From Escherichia coli (GTDB lineage Bacteria > Pseudomonadota > Gammaproteobacteria > Enterobacterales > Enterobacteriaceae): DNA of 64,000 nucleotides. Positions 21,648 to 49,730 of this stretch are shown here, one piece after another; within the stretch, counting starts at the first letter, position 1, and each line of letters starts with the position of its first letter. The stretch is taken from the NCBI RefSeq assembly GCF_003790525.1, contig NZ_CP033635.1; one strand, given 5' to 3'. The translations under genes and the position numbers were made by a program. The notes beneath the pieces were generated by a model that worked only from the letters and a program-made list of their open reading frames with translations, made no database searches and was not told the origin of the DNA.

Positions 21648-22663
21648 GATTTCGCCTCCAGATACGTTGTTAACCAGTCAGGAATGCGTGACTCCAGCCA
21701 CATTTGCGGATGAAGTAACGTACCGCCAATAAAGCCAACATGACCGCCATGTTCAGTCAGTTGATACTCCACCTGCGGGGGGAGACTTTCCGGTTTCGGG
21801 ATCACCTGATGATCCATAAACGGATCGTCTTTGGCGTGAATAATCAGCGTCGGTTTGGCGATCTGGTTCAGCATCGGCATGGCGCTACACTGACGATAAT
21901 AGTCGATAGCGTCAGCGTAGCCGTGAATTCTGGCGGTGATCAGATCGTCAAATTCACGGATGCGACGTACCGATTTTAACTGTGCGAGATTAATCGGCAG
22001 CGTACCGGGATAGGCTGCCAGTTTGCGCGCAGCATTGGCTTTTAACAGGTTCAGCAAGTAACGCTGATAAACGCGGGAAAAGCCCTTTTCCATATGATAA
22101 CTACAGGCTTCCAGCATAAATGGCGCGGAGACAATTACCGCTGCATCAATCGGGAGGTTATTACCTTCTTTTGCCAGCAAACAGGCGAGCATATTACCGC
22201 CGAGCGAATAGCCGACGGCAGCCGTTGGCGCATGTCCAAATTCGCGCTGCAGCCAGCGTAAAAACCAGCTGGCGTCTTCGGTTTCGCCCGAATGGTAAAT
22301 GCGGTGCATACGGTTTGGTTCACCGCTGCATCCGCGAAAATGCATCACCACGCCCAGCCAGCCGCGTTTTTGCGCCGCCTCGACCAGACCGTGGGCGTAA
22401 GGGCTATTGAGGCTGCCCTCCAGCCCGTGAAACACCACTAAACGCGGTTTATGGTTCGCCTGGGCAGGGTCTTCACTCCATGCGAGATCGACAAAATCGC
22501 CGTCGGGCAACTCCAGCCGCTGCCAGTACGGGGTGAATTTCACCTTGCGACGAAACAGACGCGGCAGCATGGTTTGCAGATGACAATTGCTAAAGCCGCG
22601 CATAGGGGTGAATTCAGCACTGCTGCTGAATTCATTGGCATCGGTCGTCGTTATCTGCGCCAT
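21641..22663 (-). CDS. yheT: YheT, alpha/beta-fold hydrolase
   Basis: 340-aa ORF with GYSLGG nucleophile-elbow motif; start overlaps yheS stop. Confidence 0.9.
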
Positions 22664-24576
22664 CAGTTGCTTTGGCCTTCCAGCAGCATCTGCTCAAGCT
22701 GCTCCTGGGCTTCCAGCCACGCCATTTCGCACTCTTCCAGGCCGGATTTGGCGCTGGCTTGCTGTTGCAGGCAGGCGGTCAACTCCGCTTTACGGCTCTG
22801 ATCATACAGTTCGCTGTCGCCGAGTTTCTCTTCCGCCTGCGCCAGTTGCGCGTTCAGCTTCTCCATCTCTTTTTCCAGACGGGCAATCTCTTTACGCAGT
22901 GGCTGGGTTTGCGCACGCAGCTCCGCTTCCCGACGCTTCTGATCTTTACGTGCCTGGGCGCTGTTCGCGTTCTCTTTTGGCGCTTCGTCGGTCTGGTTTT
23001 CCTGCTTTTGTACGTCGCTCAACCACTGTTGATAATCTTCCAGATCGCCGTCGAACGGTTCGACTTTACGATCGTGAACCAGGTAGAGATCGTCAGTGGT
23101 GGAACGCAGCAAATGACGGTCGTGCGAGACGACAACCAGCGCACCTTCGAACTCGATTAATGCTTCGGTGAGTGCCTGACGCATGTCGAGGTCAAGGTGG
23201 TTGGTCGGTTCGTCGAGCAGCAGCAGATTCGGACGCTGCCAGACAATTAATGCCAGCACCAGGCGGGCTTTTTCCCCACCGGAGAAGCGGCGTGTTTCTT
23301 CGGTTACTTTATCGCCCTGGAAACCAAAGCCGCCGAGGTAGTCACGCAGTTTTTGCTCCAGCTCCTGCGGCGCTAAACGTGCCAGATGTTGAATAGGCGA
23401 TTCGTCGGCGCGCAGGTATTCCAGTTGATGCTGGGCGAAGTAACCGAGCTTGATCCCTTTTGCCAGACCAATTTCACCGCTGACTGGCGCAAGTTCGCCG
23501 GCTAACAGTTTGATTAATGTCGATTTACCCGCGCCGTTGCGGCCTAACAGACCAATGCGCGAGCCGGGGACCAGATTCAGTTTAATCGAGTCGAGAATAA
23601 TGCGATCACCATAGCCCGCACTGACTTTTTCCATCTTCAGTAACGGATTTGGCAGGCTTTCCGGCGCGCGGAAGCTAAAGCGGAACGGGTTGTCGACGTG
23701 TGCGGGGGCAATCAGCTCCATACGCTCGAGCATCTTAATGCGGCTCTGGGCCTGCTTCGCTTTGGTGGCTTTGGCACGGAAACGGTCGATATAACTTTGC
23801 AGATGCGCCACGCGTTCCTGCTGGCTTTCATACATCGCCTGTTGCTGCGCCAGACGGGTGGCGCGCTGCACTTCAAATGAGCTGTAGTTACCGGTGTACT
23901 CGAACATGCTTTGTTGTTCGATATGAATGATTTTATCGACGATCGGATCGAGGAAGTCGCGGTCGTGAGAGATCAGGATCAGCGTGCCCTGATAGCTCTT
24001 CAGCCATTTTTCCAGCCAGATAACGGCATCGAGATCGAGGTGGTTAGTCGGTTCGTCGAGCAGCAGCAAGTCTGAACGGCAAATCAGCGCCTGAGCAAGG
24101 TTAAGGCGCATACGCCAGCCACCGGAGAAATCACTTACCGGACGCTCCAGTTGTTCGTTGCTGAAACCGAGGCCGTGCAGCAGGCTGGCGGCGCGGGAGC
24201 GAATACTCCATGCGTCGATAGCATCCAGCTTGCCATGAATGGTCGCAATGGCGTGACCGTCGTTACGTTCGTTGGCGTCGTATAGCTGCGCTTCCAGTTG
24301 ACGATATTCACGGTCGCCGTCAATGACATATTCCAGCGCCGCTTGCGGTAACGCTGGTGTTTCCTGATTCACCCACGCCAGTTGCCAGCTTCCCGGAAAG
24401 GTGTAGCTGCCGCCGTCGGCGCTGATTTCATTTTTCAGCAATGCCAGCAGGGTAGATTTACCACAGCCGTTTTTACCCACCAGGCCGACTTTCTGCCCGG
24501 GGTTGATGGTGGCGGTGGCATTATCCAGCAGGACGCGCACGCCGCGACGAATTTGTAACGAGGAGAAAACAATCAT
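22663..24576 (-). CDS. yheS: ABC-F family ATPase YheS (two ABC domains, no TM domain)
   Basis: 637-aa ORF with two Walker A motifs (GKNGCGKST, GRNGAGKST) and a coiled-coil C-terminus. Confidence 0.95.
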   Translation of the reverse strand: MIVFSSLQIRRGVRVLLDNATATINPGQKVGLVGKNGCGKSTLLALLKNEISADGGSYTFPGSWQLAWVNQETPALPQAALEYVIDGDREYRQLEAQLYDANERNDGHAIATIHGKLDAIDAWSIRSRAASLLHGLGFSNEQLERPVSDFSGGWRMRLNLAQALICRSDLLLLDEPTNHLDLDAVIWLEKWLKSYQGTLILISHDRDFLDPIVDKIIHIEQQSMFEYTGNYSSFEVQRATRLAQQQAMYESQQERVAHLQSYIDRFRAKATKAKQAQSRIKMLERMELIAPAHVDNPFRFSFRAPESLPNPLLKMEKVSAGYGDRIILDSIKLNLVPGSRIGLLGRNGAGKSTLIKLLAGELAPVSGEIGLAKGIKLGYFAQHQLEYLRADESPIQHLARLAPQELEQKLRDYLGGFGFQGDKVTEETRRFSGGEKARLVLALIVWQRPNLLLLDEPTNHLDLDMRQALTEALIEFEGALVVVSHDRHLLRSTTDDLYLVHDRKVEPFDGDLEDYQQWLSDVQKQENQTDEAPKENANSAQARKDQKRREAELRAQTQPLRKEIARLEKEMEKLNAQLAQAEEKLGDSELYDQSRKAELTACLQQQASAKSGLEECEMAWLEAQEQLEQMLLEGQSN

Positions 24577-24703
24577 AAGGCGCCGTATGTTCAGACTATG
24601 TTAACTTATCATTATGATAATGTAATGTATGGGCGAGCTGCCGCACCGGGCGCAATGGTAGCCCAAAACAGCGACTATACACAAAAACCATACCGGGAGG
24701 GGG

Positions 24704-25258
24704 ATGATGTCTCAGCCAGCGAAAGTTTTGCTGCTGTATGCCCATCCGGAATCTCAGGACTCGGTGGCAAACCGGGTACTGCTTAAACCGGCCACGCAGC
24801 TCAGCAATGTTACCGTGCACGACCTTTATGCGCACTATCCCGACTTTTTTATTGATATCCCTCGTGAGCAGGCATTACTGCGCGAGCACGAGGTGATTGT
24901 CTTTCAGCATCCTCTTTATACCTATAGCTGCCCGGCGCTACTGAAAGAGTGGCTGGACCGGGTATTAAGCCGTGGTTTTGCCAGCGGACCGGGGGGAAAC
25001 CAACTGGCGGGAAAGTACTGGCGTAGCGTGATTACCACCGGCGAGCCGGAAAGTGCTTACCGTTATGACGCGCTGAATCGCTACCCGATGAGCGATGTGC
25101 TGCGCCCCTTTGAACTGGCGGCGGGCATGTGCCGGATGCATTGGTTGAGTCCCATCATTATTTACTGGGCGAGACGGCAAAGCGCACAGGAGCTGGCGAG
25201 TCACGCCAGAGCCTACGGTGACTGGCTGGCAAATCCGCTGTCTCCAGGAGGCCGCTGA
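24704..25258 (+). CDS. kefG: KefB ancillary protein KefG (flavodoxin-like quinone oxidoreductase fold)
   Basis: 184-aa [23 protein letters not shown]...; stop overlaps kefB start. Confidence 0.95.
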
Positions 25259-27063
25259 TGGAAGGTTCCGATTTTTTACTCGCAGGAGTGTTGTTTCTCT
25301 TCGCGGCGGTGGCTGCGGTGCCGCTGGCATCGCGGCTGGGTATTGGCGCTGTGTTGGGATATTTGCTGGCAGGGATTGCAATTGGCCCGTGGGGGCTGGG
25401 TTTTATTAGCGACGTCGATGAGATCCTCCACTTTTCGGAACTCGGCGTGGTGTTCCTGATGTTTATCATCGGCCTGGAGTTGAATCCCTCCAAGCTTTGG
25501 CAATTGCGGCGTTCGATTTTTGGCGTAGGCGCGGCACAGGTGCTGTTAAGCGCGGCGTTGCTGGCGGGATTATTGATGCTGACCCATTTCTCATGGCAGG
25601 CGGCGGTGGTCGGTGGCATTGGCCTTGCGATGTCTTCAACTGCAATGGCGTTGCAATTGATGCGTGATAAAAGGATGAATCGCAGCGAATCCGGCCAGTT
25701 AGGTTTCTCGGTACTGCTGTTTCAGGATCTGGCGGTGATCCCGGCACTGGCGTTAGTGCCGTTGTTGGCGGGTTCGGCAGACGAACATTTCGACTGGATG
25801 AAGATCGGCATGAAGGTGCTGGCGTTTGTCGGCATGCTGATTGGCGGGCGCTATTTACTGCGTCCGGTATTCCGTTTTATTGCAGCTTCTGGTGTGCGGG
25901 AAGTGTTCACCGCCGCGACGCTGCTGCTGGTGTTGGGTTCCGCATTGTTTATGGATGCGCTGGGGTTGTCGATGGCGCTCGGTACGTTTATTGCGGGTGT
26001 GCTACTGGCGGAAAGTGAATATCGCCATGAACTGGAAACGGCTATCGATCCCTTCAAAGGCTTGCTGCTCGGTTTGTTCTTTATCTCTGTCGGCATGTCA
26101 CTCAACCTCGGGGTGCTTTATACCCATCTGTTGTGGGTAGTGATAAGTGTGGTTGTGCTGGTGGCGGTGAAAATTCTCGTGCTGTATCTGCTGGCGCGAT
26201 TGTATGGCGTGCGTAGCTCAGAGCGGATGCAGTTTGCTGGCGTGTTGAGTCAGGGCGGTGAGTTTGCCTTTGTCCTCTTTTCTACCGCTTCTTCACAACG
26301 CTTATTCCAGGGCGACCAGATGGCGCTGTTGCTGGTGACGGTGACGCTTTCCATGATGACCACGCCGCTGCTGATGAAGCTGGTAGATAAATGGCTATCC
26401 CGCCAGTTTAACGGACCGGAAGAAGAAGACGAAAAACCATGGGTCAACGATGATAAACCCCAGGTCATTGTCGTGGGCTTTGGGCGTTTTGGTCAGGTGA
26501 TTGGTCGTTTGCTGATGGCAAATAAAATGCGCATTACTGTACTGGAGCGGGATATCAGTGCCGTTAACCTGATGCGCAAATATGGCTACAAAGTTTATTA
26601 CGGCGACGCCACGCAGGTAGATCTTTTACGTTCTGCGGGTGCAGAGGCCGCTGAGTCTATCGTCATTACCTGTAACGAGCCGGAAGACACCATGAAACTG
26701 GTGGAAATATGCCAGCAGCACTTTCCGCATTTGCATATTCTTGCGCGAGCGCGCGGACGTGTGGAAGCGCATGAGTTATTACAGGCAGGGGTGACGCAGT
26801 TTTCCCGTGAAACATTCTCCAGTGCGTTAGAGCTGGGGCGCAAGACGCTGGTCACGCTTGGCATGCATCCGCATCAGGCACAGCGGGCGCAACTGCATTT
26901 TCGCCGCCTGGATATGCGGATGCTGCGAGAGCTCATCCCAATGCATGCCGATACCGTACAAATTTCTCGCGCCAGGGAAGCCCGACGCGAACTGGAAGAG
27001 ATTTTCCAGCGTGAAATGCAACAAGAACGACGCCAGCTGGACGGCTGGGATGAATTTGAGTAG
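25258..27063 (+). CDS. kefB: Glutathione-regulated K+ efflux system KefB
   Basis: 601-aa ORF, N-terminal transmembrane antiporter domain plus C-terminal KTN/RCK domain. Confidence 0.95.
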   Translation: MEGSDFLLAGVLFLFAAVAAVPLASRLGIGAVLGYLLAGIAIGPWGLGFISDVDEILHFSELGVVFLMFIIGLELNPSKLWQLRRSIFGVGAAQVLLSAALLAGLLMLTHFSWQAAVVGGIGLAMSSTAMALQLMRDKRMNRSESGQLGFSVLLFQDLAVIPALALVPLLAGSADEHFDWMKIGMKVLAFVGMLIGGRYLLRPVFRFIAASGVREVFTAATLLLVLGSALFMDALGLSMALGTFIAGVLLAESEYRHELETAIDPFKGLLLGLFFISVGMSLNLGVLYTHLLWVVISVVVLVAVKILVLYLLARLYGVRSSERMQFAGVLSQGGEFAFVLFSTASSQRLFQGDQMALLLVTVTLSMMTTPLLMKLVDKWLSRQFNGPEEEDEKPWVNDDKPQVIVVGFGRFGQVIGRLLMANKMRITVLERDISAVNLMRKYGYKVYYGDATQVDLLRSAGAEAAESIVITCNEPEDTMKLVEICQQHFPHLHILARARGRVEAHELLQAGVTQFSRETFSSALELGRKTLVTLGMHPHQAQRAQLHFRRLDMRMLRELIPMHADTVQISRAREARRELEEIFQREMQQERRQLDGWDEFE

Positions 27064-27072
27064 AGGGTAAAG

Positions 27073-27273
27073 ATGGCAATCCGAAAACGTTTTATTGCGG
27101 GGGCAAAATGCCCGGCCTGTCAGGCGCAGGATTCAATGGCGATGTGGCGCGAAAATAATATTGATATTGTTGAATGTGTTAAGTGCGGACATCAGATGCG
27201 AGAAGCAGACAAAGAAGCCCGCGATCACGTTCGCAAAGATGAGCAAGTGATCGGGATTTTTCATCCGGACTAG
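27073..27273 (+). CDS. yheV: YheV, small zinc-ribbon protein
   Basis: 66-aa ORF with CPAC...CVKCGH cysteine pairs. Confidence 0.85.
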   Translation: MAIRKRFIAGAKCPACQAQDSMAMWRENNIDIVECVKCGHQMREADKEARDHVRKDEQVIGIFHPD

Positions 27274-27367
27274 CGATATGCGCCGAGTTTTTTTAAGCTA
27301 GTGAGTACACGGCTGCAGAATTCCGCTACAATCTGCGCCACTATTCTTCCCATGCTCAGGAGATATC

Positions 27368-27958
27368 ATGAAAGTAGCAAAAGACCTGGTGGTCAGCCTG
27401 GCCTATCAGGTACGTACAGAAGACGGTGTGTTGGTTGATGAGTCTCCGGTGAGTGCGCCGCTGGACTACCTGCATGGTCACGGTTCCCTGATCTCTGGCC
27501 TGGAAACGGCGCTGGAAGGTCACGAAGTTGGCGACAAATTTGATGTCGCTGTTGGCGCGAACGACGCTTACGGTCAGTACGACGAAAACCTGGTGCAACG
27601 CGTTCCTAAAGACGTATTTATGGGCGTTGATGAACTGCAGGTAGGTATGCGTTTCCTGGCTGAAACCGACCAGGGTCCGGTACCGGTTGAAATCACTGCG
27701 GTTGAAGACGATCACGTAGTGGTTGATGGTAACCACATGCTGGCTGGTCAGAACCTGAAATTCAACGTTGAAGTTGTGGCGATTCGCGAAGCGACCGAAG
27801 AAGAACTGGCTCATGGTCACGTTCACGGCGCGCACGATCATCACCACGATCACGACCACGACGGTTGCTGCGGCGGTCATGGCCACGATCACGGTCATGA
27901 ACACGGTGGCGAAGGCTGCTGCGGCGGTAAAGGTAACGGCGGTTGCGGTTGCCACTAA
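27368..27958 (+). CDS. slyD: FKBP-type peptidyl-prolyl isomerase / metallochaperone SlyD
   Basis: 196-aa ORF; FKBP domain plus His/Cys/Gly-rich C-terminal tail. Confidence 0.97.
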   Translation: MKVAKDLVVSLAYQVRTEDGVLVDESPVSAPLDYLHGHGSLISGLETALEGHEVGDKFDVAVGANDAYGQYDENLVQRVPKDVFMGVDELQVGMRFLAETDQGPVPVEITAVEDDHVVVDGNHMLAGQNLKFNVEVVAIREATEEELAHGHVHGAHDHHHDHDHDGCCGGHGHDHGHEHGGEGCCGGKGNGGCGCH

Positions 27959-27973
27959 TACCGAAAAAGTGAC

Positions 27974-28002
27974 AAAAAAGCGGGGGAATCCCCGCTTTTT
28001 TT
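27974..28002. terminator. Bidirectional intrinsic terminator between slyD and slyX
   Basis: AAAAAA-GCGGGG-GAAT-CCCCGC-TTTTTTT; an A-tract and a T-tract flank the hairpin. Confidence 0.7.
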
Positions 28003-28007
28003 ACGCC

Positions 28008-28226
28008 TCAATAATGTGGCGGTGGCGTTTCTTCAGCCTGCGACGCGATGTTCGACGGCTGGCTGGCTTTTAGCTTCTCGGTCAGCAGACGCAGATGATC
28101 GCGCAGTTTCGCCATCTCCATTTCATGAGCGGTCACCGTGACGTTCAGTTCTTCAATGGTGATTTCCTGAAAAGCCAGTCGGCTCTCCAGCTCTGCCAGG
28201 CGTGCTTCCAATGATAAATCCTGCAT
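28008..28226 (-). CDS. slyX: SlyX, small coiled-coil protein
   Basis: 72-aa [31 protein letters not shown]... Confidence 0.9.
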
Positions 28227-28446
28227 GATTCACCTCTTTTGTCGAATGGTTGCCGCGGATTCTACTTAACTTTGCCGCCCGAGACAGCACTCATTTCGCG
28301 GTCATCGAAACTAATTTAAACAAAAAGAGTCTGAAAATAGATGATAATAGGGCGTGTCTGTATGTAGATTTGTTCGACAACGCTTTATAGTACCCTTCTG
28401 ATAATAGTTAACCCTGGGGTGAGATGCCCCGATCCTGGAGATATGG

Positions 28447-29259
28447 ATGAAATCACTGTTTAAAGTAACGCTGCTGGCGACCACAATGGCCGTTGCCCTG
28501 CATGCACCAATCACTTTTGCTGCTGAAGCTGCAAAACCTGCTACAACTGCTGACAGCAAAGCAGCGTTCAAAAATGACGATCAGAAATCAGCTTATGCAC
28601 TGGGTGCTTCGCTGGGTCGTTACATGGAAAACTCTCTTAAAGAACAAGAAAAACTGGGCATCAAACTGGATAAAGATCAGCTGATCGCTGGTGTTCAGGA
28701 TGCATTTGCTGATAAGAGCAAACTTTCCGACCAAGAGATCGAACAGACTCTGCAAGCATTCGAAGCTCGCGTGAAGTCTTCTGCTCAGGCGAAGATGGAA
28801 AAAGACGCGGCAGATAACGAAGCGAAAGGTAAAGAGTACCGCGAGAAATTTGCCAAAGAGAAAGGTGTGAAAACCTCTTCAACTGGTCTGGTTTATCAGG
28901 TAGTAGAAGCCGGTAAAGGCGAAGCACCGAAAGACAGCGATACTGTTGTCGTGAACTACAAGGGTACGCTGATCGACGGAAAAGAGTTCGACAACTCTTA
29001 CACCCGTGGTGAACCGCTCTCTTTCCGTCTGGACGGTGTTATTCCGGGTTGGACAGAAGGTCTGAAGAACATCAAGAAAGGCGGTAAGATCAAACTGGTT
29101 ATTCCACCAGAACTGGCTTACGGCAAAGCGGGTGTTCCGGGGATCCCACCGAATTCTACCCTGGTGTTTGACGTAGAGCTGCTGGATGTGAAACCAGCGC
29201 CGAAGGCTGATGCAAAGCCGGAAGCTGATGCGAAAGCCGCAGATTCTGCTAAAAAATAA
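28447..29259 (+). CDS. fkpA: Periplasmic FKBP-type peptidyl-prolyl isomerase FkpA
   Basis: 270-aa ORF with signal peptide and FKBP domain. Confidence 0.97.
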   Translation: MKSLFKVTLLATTMAVALHAPITFAAEAAKPATTADSKAAFKNDDQKSAYALGASLGRYMENSLKEQEKLGIKLDKDQLIAGVQDAFADKSKLSDQEIEQTLQAFEARVKSSAQAKMEKDAADNEAKGKEYREKFAKEKGVKTSSTGLVYQVVEAGKGEAPKDSDTVVVNYKGTLIDGKEFDNSYTRGEPLSFRLDGVIPGWTEGLKNIKKGGKIKLVIPPELAYGKAGVPGIPPNSTLVFDVELLDVKPAPKADAKPEADAKAADSAKK

Positions 29260-29267
29260 GCATTAAG

Positions 29268-29299
29268 AACCGCCGCCTGACCAGGCGGCGGTTTTTTTA
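29268..29299 (+). terminator. Intrinsic terminator after fkpA
   Basis: GC-rich hairpin ACCGCCGCCTG/CAGGCGGCGGT followed by TTTTTTT. Confidence 0.7.
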
Positions 29300-29425
29300 T
29301 TACAGGCCGGATATAATTAGTGCTGGAAAGCGGAACCTCCGCTGTATTAATTTAGTTACCCGCATCATTAATGAGCCTGCCCTGAAAAGTTAACGACAGG
29401 CTCCTGAAAAGGAGTGTTTTTTTTC

Positions 29426-30533
<1,108 letters not shown>

Positions 30534-30534
<1 letters not shown>

Positions 30535-30893
30535 TGAAACGAATTGCGTTTGTTTTTTCTACTGCACCTCATGGTACAGCTGCAGGCCGGGAAGGTTTAG
30601 ATGCTTTACTGGCAACTTCCGCATTAACTGACGATCTGGCTGTCTTCTTTATAGCTGATGGCGTTTTTCAGCTGCTGCCAGGACAAAAGCCCGATGCAGT
30701 GCTGGCGCGTGATTACATTGCCACTTTTAAATTGTTGGGTCTGTACGACATTGAACAGTGCTGGGTTTGTGCGGCTTCACTGCGCGAACGCGGGTTAGAT
30801 CCGCAGACACCCTTTGTTGTCGAAGCCACGCCGCTCGAAGCAGATGCCTTACGCCGCGAACTCGCCAACTACGATGTTATTTTGAGGTTTTGA
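30534..30893 (+). CDS. tusC: Sulfurtransferase complex subunit TusC
   Basis: 119-aa ORF. Confidence 0.95.
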
Positions 30894-30900
30894 GGCGTTT

Positions 30901-31188
30901 ATGCTGCATACATTACATCGTTCACCCTGGCTGACGGATTTTGCTGCGCTGCTGCGTCTGCTCAGTGAAGGCGACGAACTGCTATTATTGCAAGATGGCG
31001 TAACTGCCGGAGTTGACGGTAACTGCTACCTTGAAAGTCTGCGTAATGCCCCCATTAAGGTCTATGCCCTGAACGAAGACCTTATTGCCCGCGGTTTGAC
31101 TGGTCGAATTTCGAACGACATCATTCCCATTGACTATACTGATTTCGTCAGACTTACGGTTAAGCACTCCAGCCAGATGGCCTGGTGA
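30901..31188 (+). CDS. tusB: Sulfurtransferase complex subunit TusB
   Basis: 95-aa ORF. Confidence 0.95.
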   Translation: MLHTLHRSPWLTDFAALLRLLSEGDELLLLQDGVTAGVDGNCYLESLRNAPIKVYALNEDLIARGLTGRISNDIIPIDYTDFVRLTVKHSSQMAW

Positions 31189-31214
31189 TGGCGGGATCGT
31201 TGTATATTTCTTGA

Positions 31215-32255
<1,041 letters not shown>

Positions 32256-32339
32256 TCCCTTCGGAGTTTTAGTCACCAGGCGGGCGCTTCCAGTAAGCAG
32301 CCCGCTTTGGGCTACTTAAATTGAACGCCTAAAAGATAA

Positions 32340-34466
<2,127 letters not shown>

Positions 34467-34479
34467 GCCTAAGGGTTAA

Positions 34480-35721
<1,242 letters not shown>

Positions 35722-35745
35722 TTACACGTTAATTAGTTTCGAATT

Positions 35746-35772
35746 AAAAAGGGCGCTTCGGCGTCCTTTTTG
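35746..35772 (+). terminator. Intrinsic terminator after tufA
   Basis: AAAAAGGGCGC-TTCG-GCGTCC-TTTTTG hairpin with U-tract. Confidence 0.6.
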
Positions 35773-35903
35773 CTGCCCGTAATTTGAGCTCGAAATATTT
35801 AGTCGTAATTTCACTCGCTGAACTATGGCGCAAATTAAACTGTGCTATTGTAATCATAACCATTCTCATTTACACTTTGCGCAGAATTTGAACGGGAGCA
35901 ATC

Positions 35904-36098
35904 ATGTACGTTTGTTTGTGTAATGGTGTAAGTGACAAAAAAATTCGCCAGGCAGTCCGTCAGTTTCATCCGCAATCTTTCCAACAATTGCGTAAGTTTA
36001 TTCCTGTGGGAAATCAATGCGGTAAGTGCATTCGCGCCGCGCGCGAAGTGATGCAGGACGAGTTGATGCAGATGCCAGAATTTAAAGAGATTGCCTGA
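35904..36098 (+). CDS. bfd: Bacterioferritin-associated ferredoxin
   Basis: 64-aa ORF MYVCLCNGVSDKKIRQ... with [2Fe-2S] cysteine ligands. Confidence 0.95.
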   Translation: MYVCLCNGVSDKKIRQAVRQFHPQSFQQLRKFIPVGNQCGKCIRAAREVMQDELMQMPEFKEIA

Positions 36099-36170
36099 AG
36101 CCCACGCTTATTTTTTGACATCCCGCTAGCCCCATCTACGCTCTAATAGTGGAAGCGGAGGGACTATAAA

Positions 36171-36647
36171 ATGAAAGGTGATGTTAAAATCATAAATTAT
36201 CTCAATAAACTATTGGGAAATGAGCTTGTCGCAATCAATCAGTATTTTCTCCATGCCCGGATGTTTAAAAACTGGGGCCTGATGCGTCTCAATGACGTCG
36301 AATACCATGAATCTATTGATGAGATGAAACACGCTGATAAATATATCGAGCGTATTTTGTTTTTAGAAGGAATCCCTAACTTACAGGATTTAGGCAAACT
36401 GGGGATTGGTGAAGATGTCGAGGAGATGCTGCAATCCGACCTGCGATTAGAACTGGAAGGCGCGAAGGATCTCCGTGAGGCTATCGCGTATGCCGACAGC
36501 GTTCATGACTATGTTAGCCGTGATATGATGATCGAGATCCTTGCCGATGAAGAAGGTCATATTGACTGGCTCGAAACTGAGCTGGATCTCATCGGTAAAA
36601 TCGGTTTACAAAATTACCTGCAATCACAAATAAAAGTTAAAGATTAA
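36171..36647 (+). CDS. bfr: Bacterioferritin
   Basis: 158-aa [34 protein letters not shown]... Confidence 0.97.
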   Translation: MKGDVKIINYLNKLLGNELVAINQYFLHARMFKNWGLMRLNDVEYHESIDEMKHADKYIERILFLEGIPNLQDLGKLGIGEDVEEMLQSDLRLELEGAKDLREAIAYADSVHDYVSRDMMIEILADEEGHIDWLETELDLIGKIGLQNYLQSQIKVKD

Positions 36648-37111
36648 CGGCCTGCCAGCAAACTATCCCAGCCTACAACGAAACCCGCAGCCGCCAGAAA
36701 TGGCCCAAACGGCAGCGGGTTTTTTAATGACTCTTTTCCTCTCATGAGCAGACCAATAACTACGGCTCCGCAAGCGAATGAGGCAGCAAGGAAAACCAGT
36801 CGTGGCAAGAAGGTCCATGTATGCCAGGCACCAAGGGCGGCGAGAAACTTCACATCACCATAGCCTAATCCTTCTTTATGACGCAGTATGCGATACCCCC
36901 AGTAAATGACAGCGAATGTGCCGTAACCAATAATCGCCCCCCATAACGCATCGGCTAAACCGTCAGGATTACAAACCTGATAGAACAAAAGACCTGACCA
37001 GAGTAACGGGCAGGTAAATCTGTCAGGTAACAAGCCATGCTTTGCATCCCAGAAAAAAAGTAGGGCTGATAAACAAGCGTACAAAATCAGAAAGGGAAGG
37101 GTAGCGTCCAT
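36644..37111 (-). pseudogene. gspO: N-terminally truncated prepilin peptidase (A24 family); probable gspO remnant
   Basis: 155-aa ORF with LLPD and GYGDVK aspartate motifs but lacking the N-terminal domain; at the position where K-12 carries the gsp operon. Confidence 0.55.
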
Positions 37112-37299
37112 AAAACATCCTCTGTAATTGGAGTATCACCATCGAATAACTCCGGATGCTCAGCAACAGAGAAATCGCTGATTTGTTAACCTGGTCCCGG
37201 TGAAAAACGCTATCTTCACAACTTTACAAATTTCGTGGAATACAGCTCGCAATCTGCGCGTTGCGATTAATTTCTACCCGATGCTTGCGTCAGGCTCAG

Positions 37300-37801
<502 letters not shown>

Positions 37802-37821
37802 TCAGGTCATTGAGCGATTGA

Positions 37822-40217
<2,396 letters not shown>

Positions 40218-40230
40218 TTTTAGAGGATAA

Positions 40231-40512
<282 letters not shown>

Positions 40513-40517
40513 GGTAG

Positions 40518-42446
<1,929 letters not shown>

Positions 42447-42470
42447 TACAGTACACTCTCTCGATACGAA

Positions 42471-42505
42471 TAAACGGCTCAGAAATGAGCCGTTTATTTT
42501 TTCTA
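42471..42505 (+). terminator. Intrinsic terminator at the end of the S10 operon
   Basis: AAACGGCTCA-GAAA-TGAGCCGTTT followed by ATTTTTTC. Confidence 0.7.
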
Positions 42506-42598
42506 CCCATATCCTTGAAGCGGTGTTATAATGCCGCGCCCTCGATATGGGGATTTTTAACGACCTGATTTTCGGGTCTCAGTAGTAGTTGACATTAG

Positions 42599-43861
<1,263 letters not shown>

Positions 43862-43872
43862 GGTAGGGTTAC

Positions 43873-44181
<309 letters not shown>

Positions 44182-44208
44182 TTGTCACCAATTGAATCAC
44201 GGGAGTAA

Positions 44209-45516
<1,308 letters not shown>

Positions 45517-45521
45517 GGTAG

Positions 45522-46655
<1,134 letters not shown>

Positions 46656-46662
46656 GTAGCAG

Positions 46663-48142
<1,480 letters not shown>

Positions 48143-48176
48143 TTTTTTCGCATATTTTTCTTGCAAAGTTGGGTTG

Positions 48177-48205
48177 AGCTGGCTAGATTAGCCAGCCAAT
48201 CTTTT
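48177..48205 (+). terminator. Stem-loop after rpmJ (spc operon terminator)
   Basis: GCTGGCTA-GAT-TAGCCAGC perfect inverted repeat followed by CAATCTTTT. Confidence 0.55.
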
Positions 48206-48279
48206 GTATGTCTGTGCGTTTCCATTTGAGTATCCTGAAAACGGGCTTTTCAGCATGGAACGTACATATTAAATAGTAG

Positions 48280-48645
<366 letters not shown>

Positions 48646-48658
48646 TCGGGGTGATTGA

Positions 48659-49705
<1,047 letters not shown>

Positions 49706-49730
49706 AGCTTAGTACCAAAGAGAGGACACA

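Noticed and set aside
27356-28073. 199-aa minus-strand ORF and 101-aa plus-strand ORF overlapping the slyD 3' end
   Set aside because: They are produced by the repetitive His/Gly/Cys codons of the SlyD tail; the translations are homopolymer-like.
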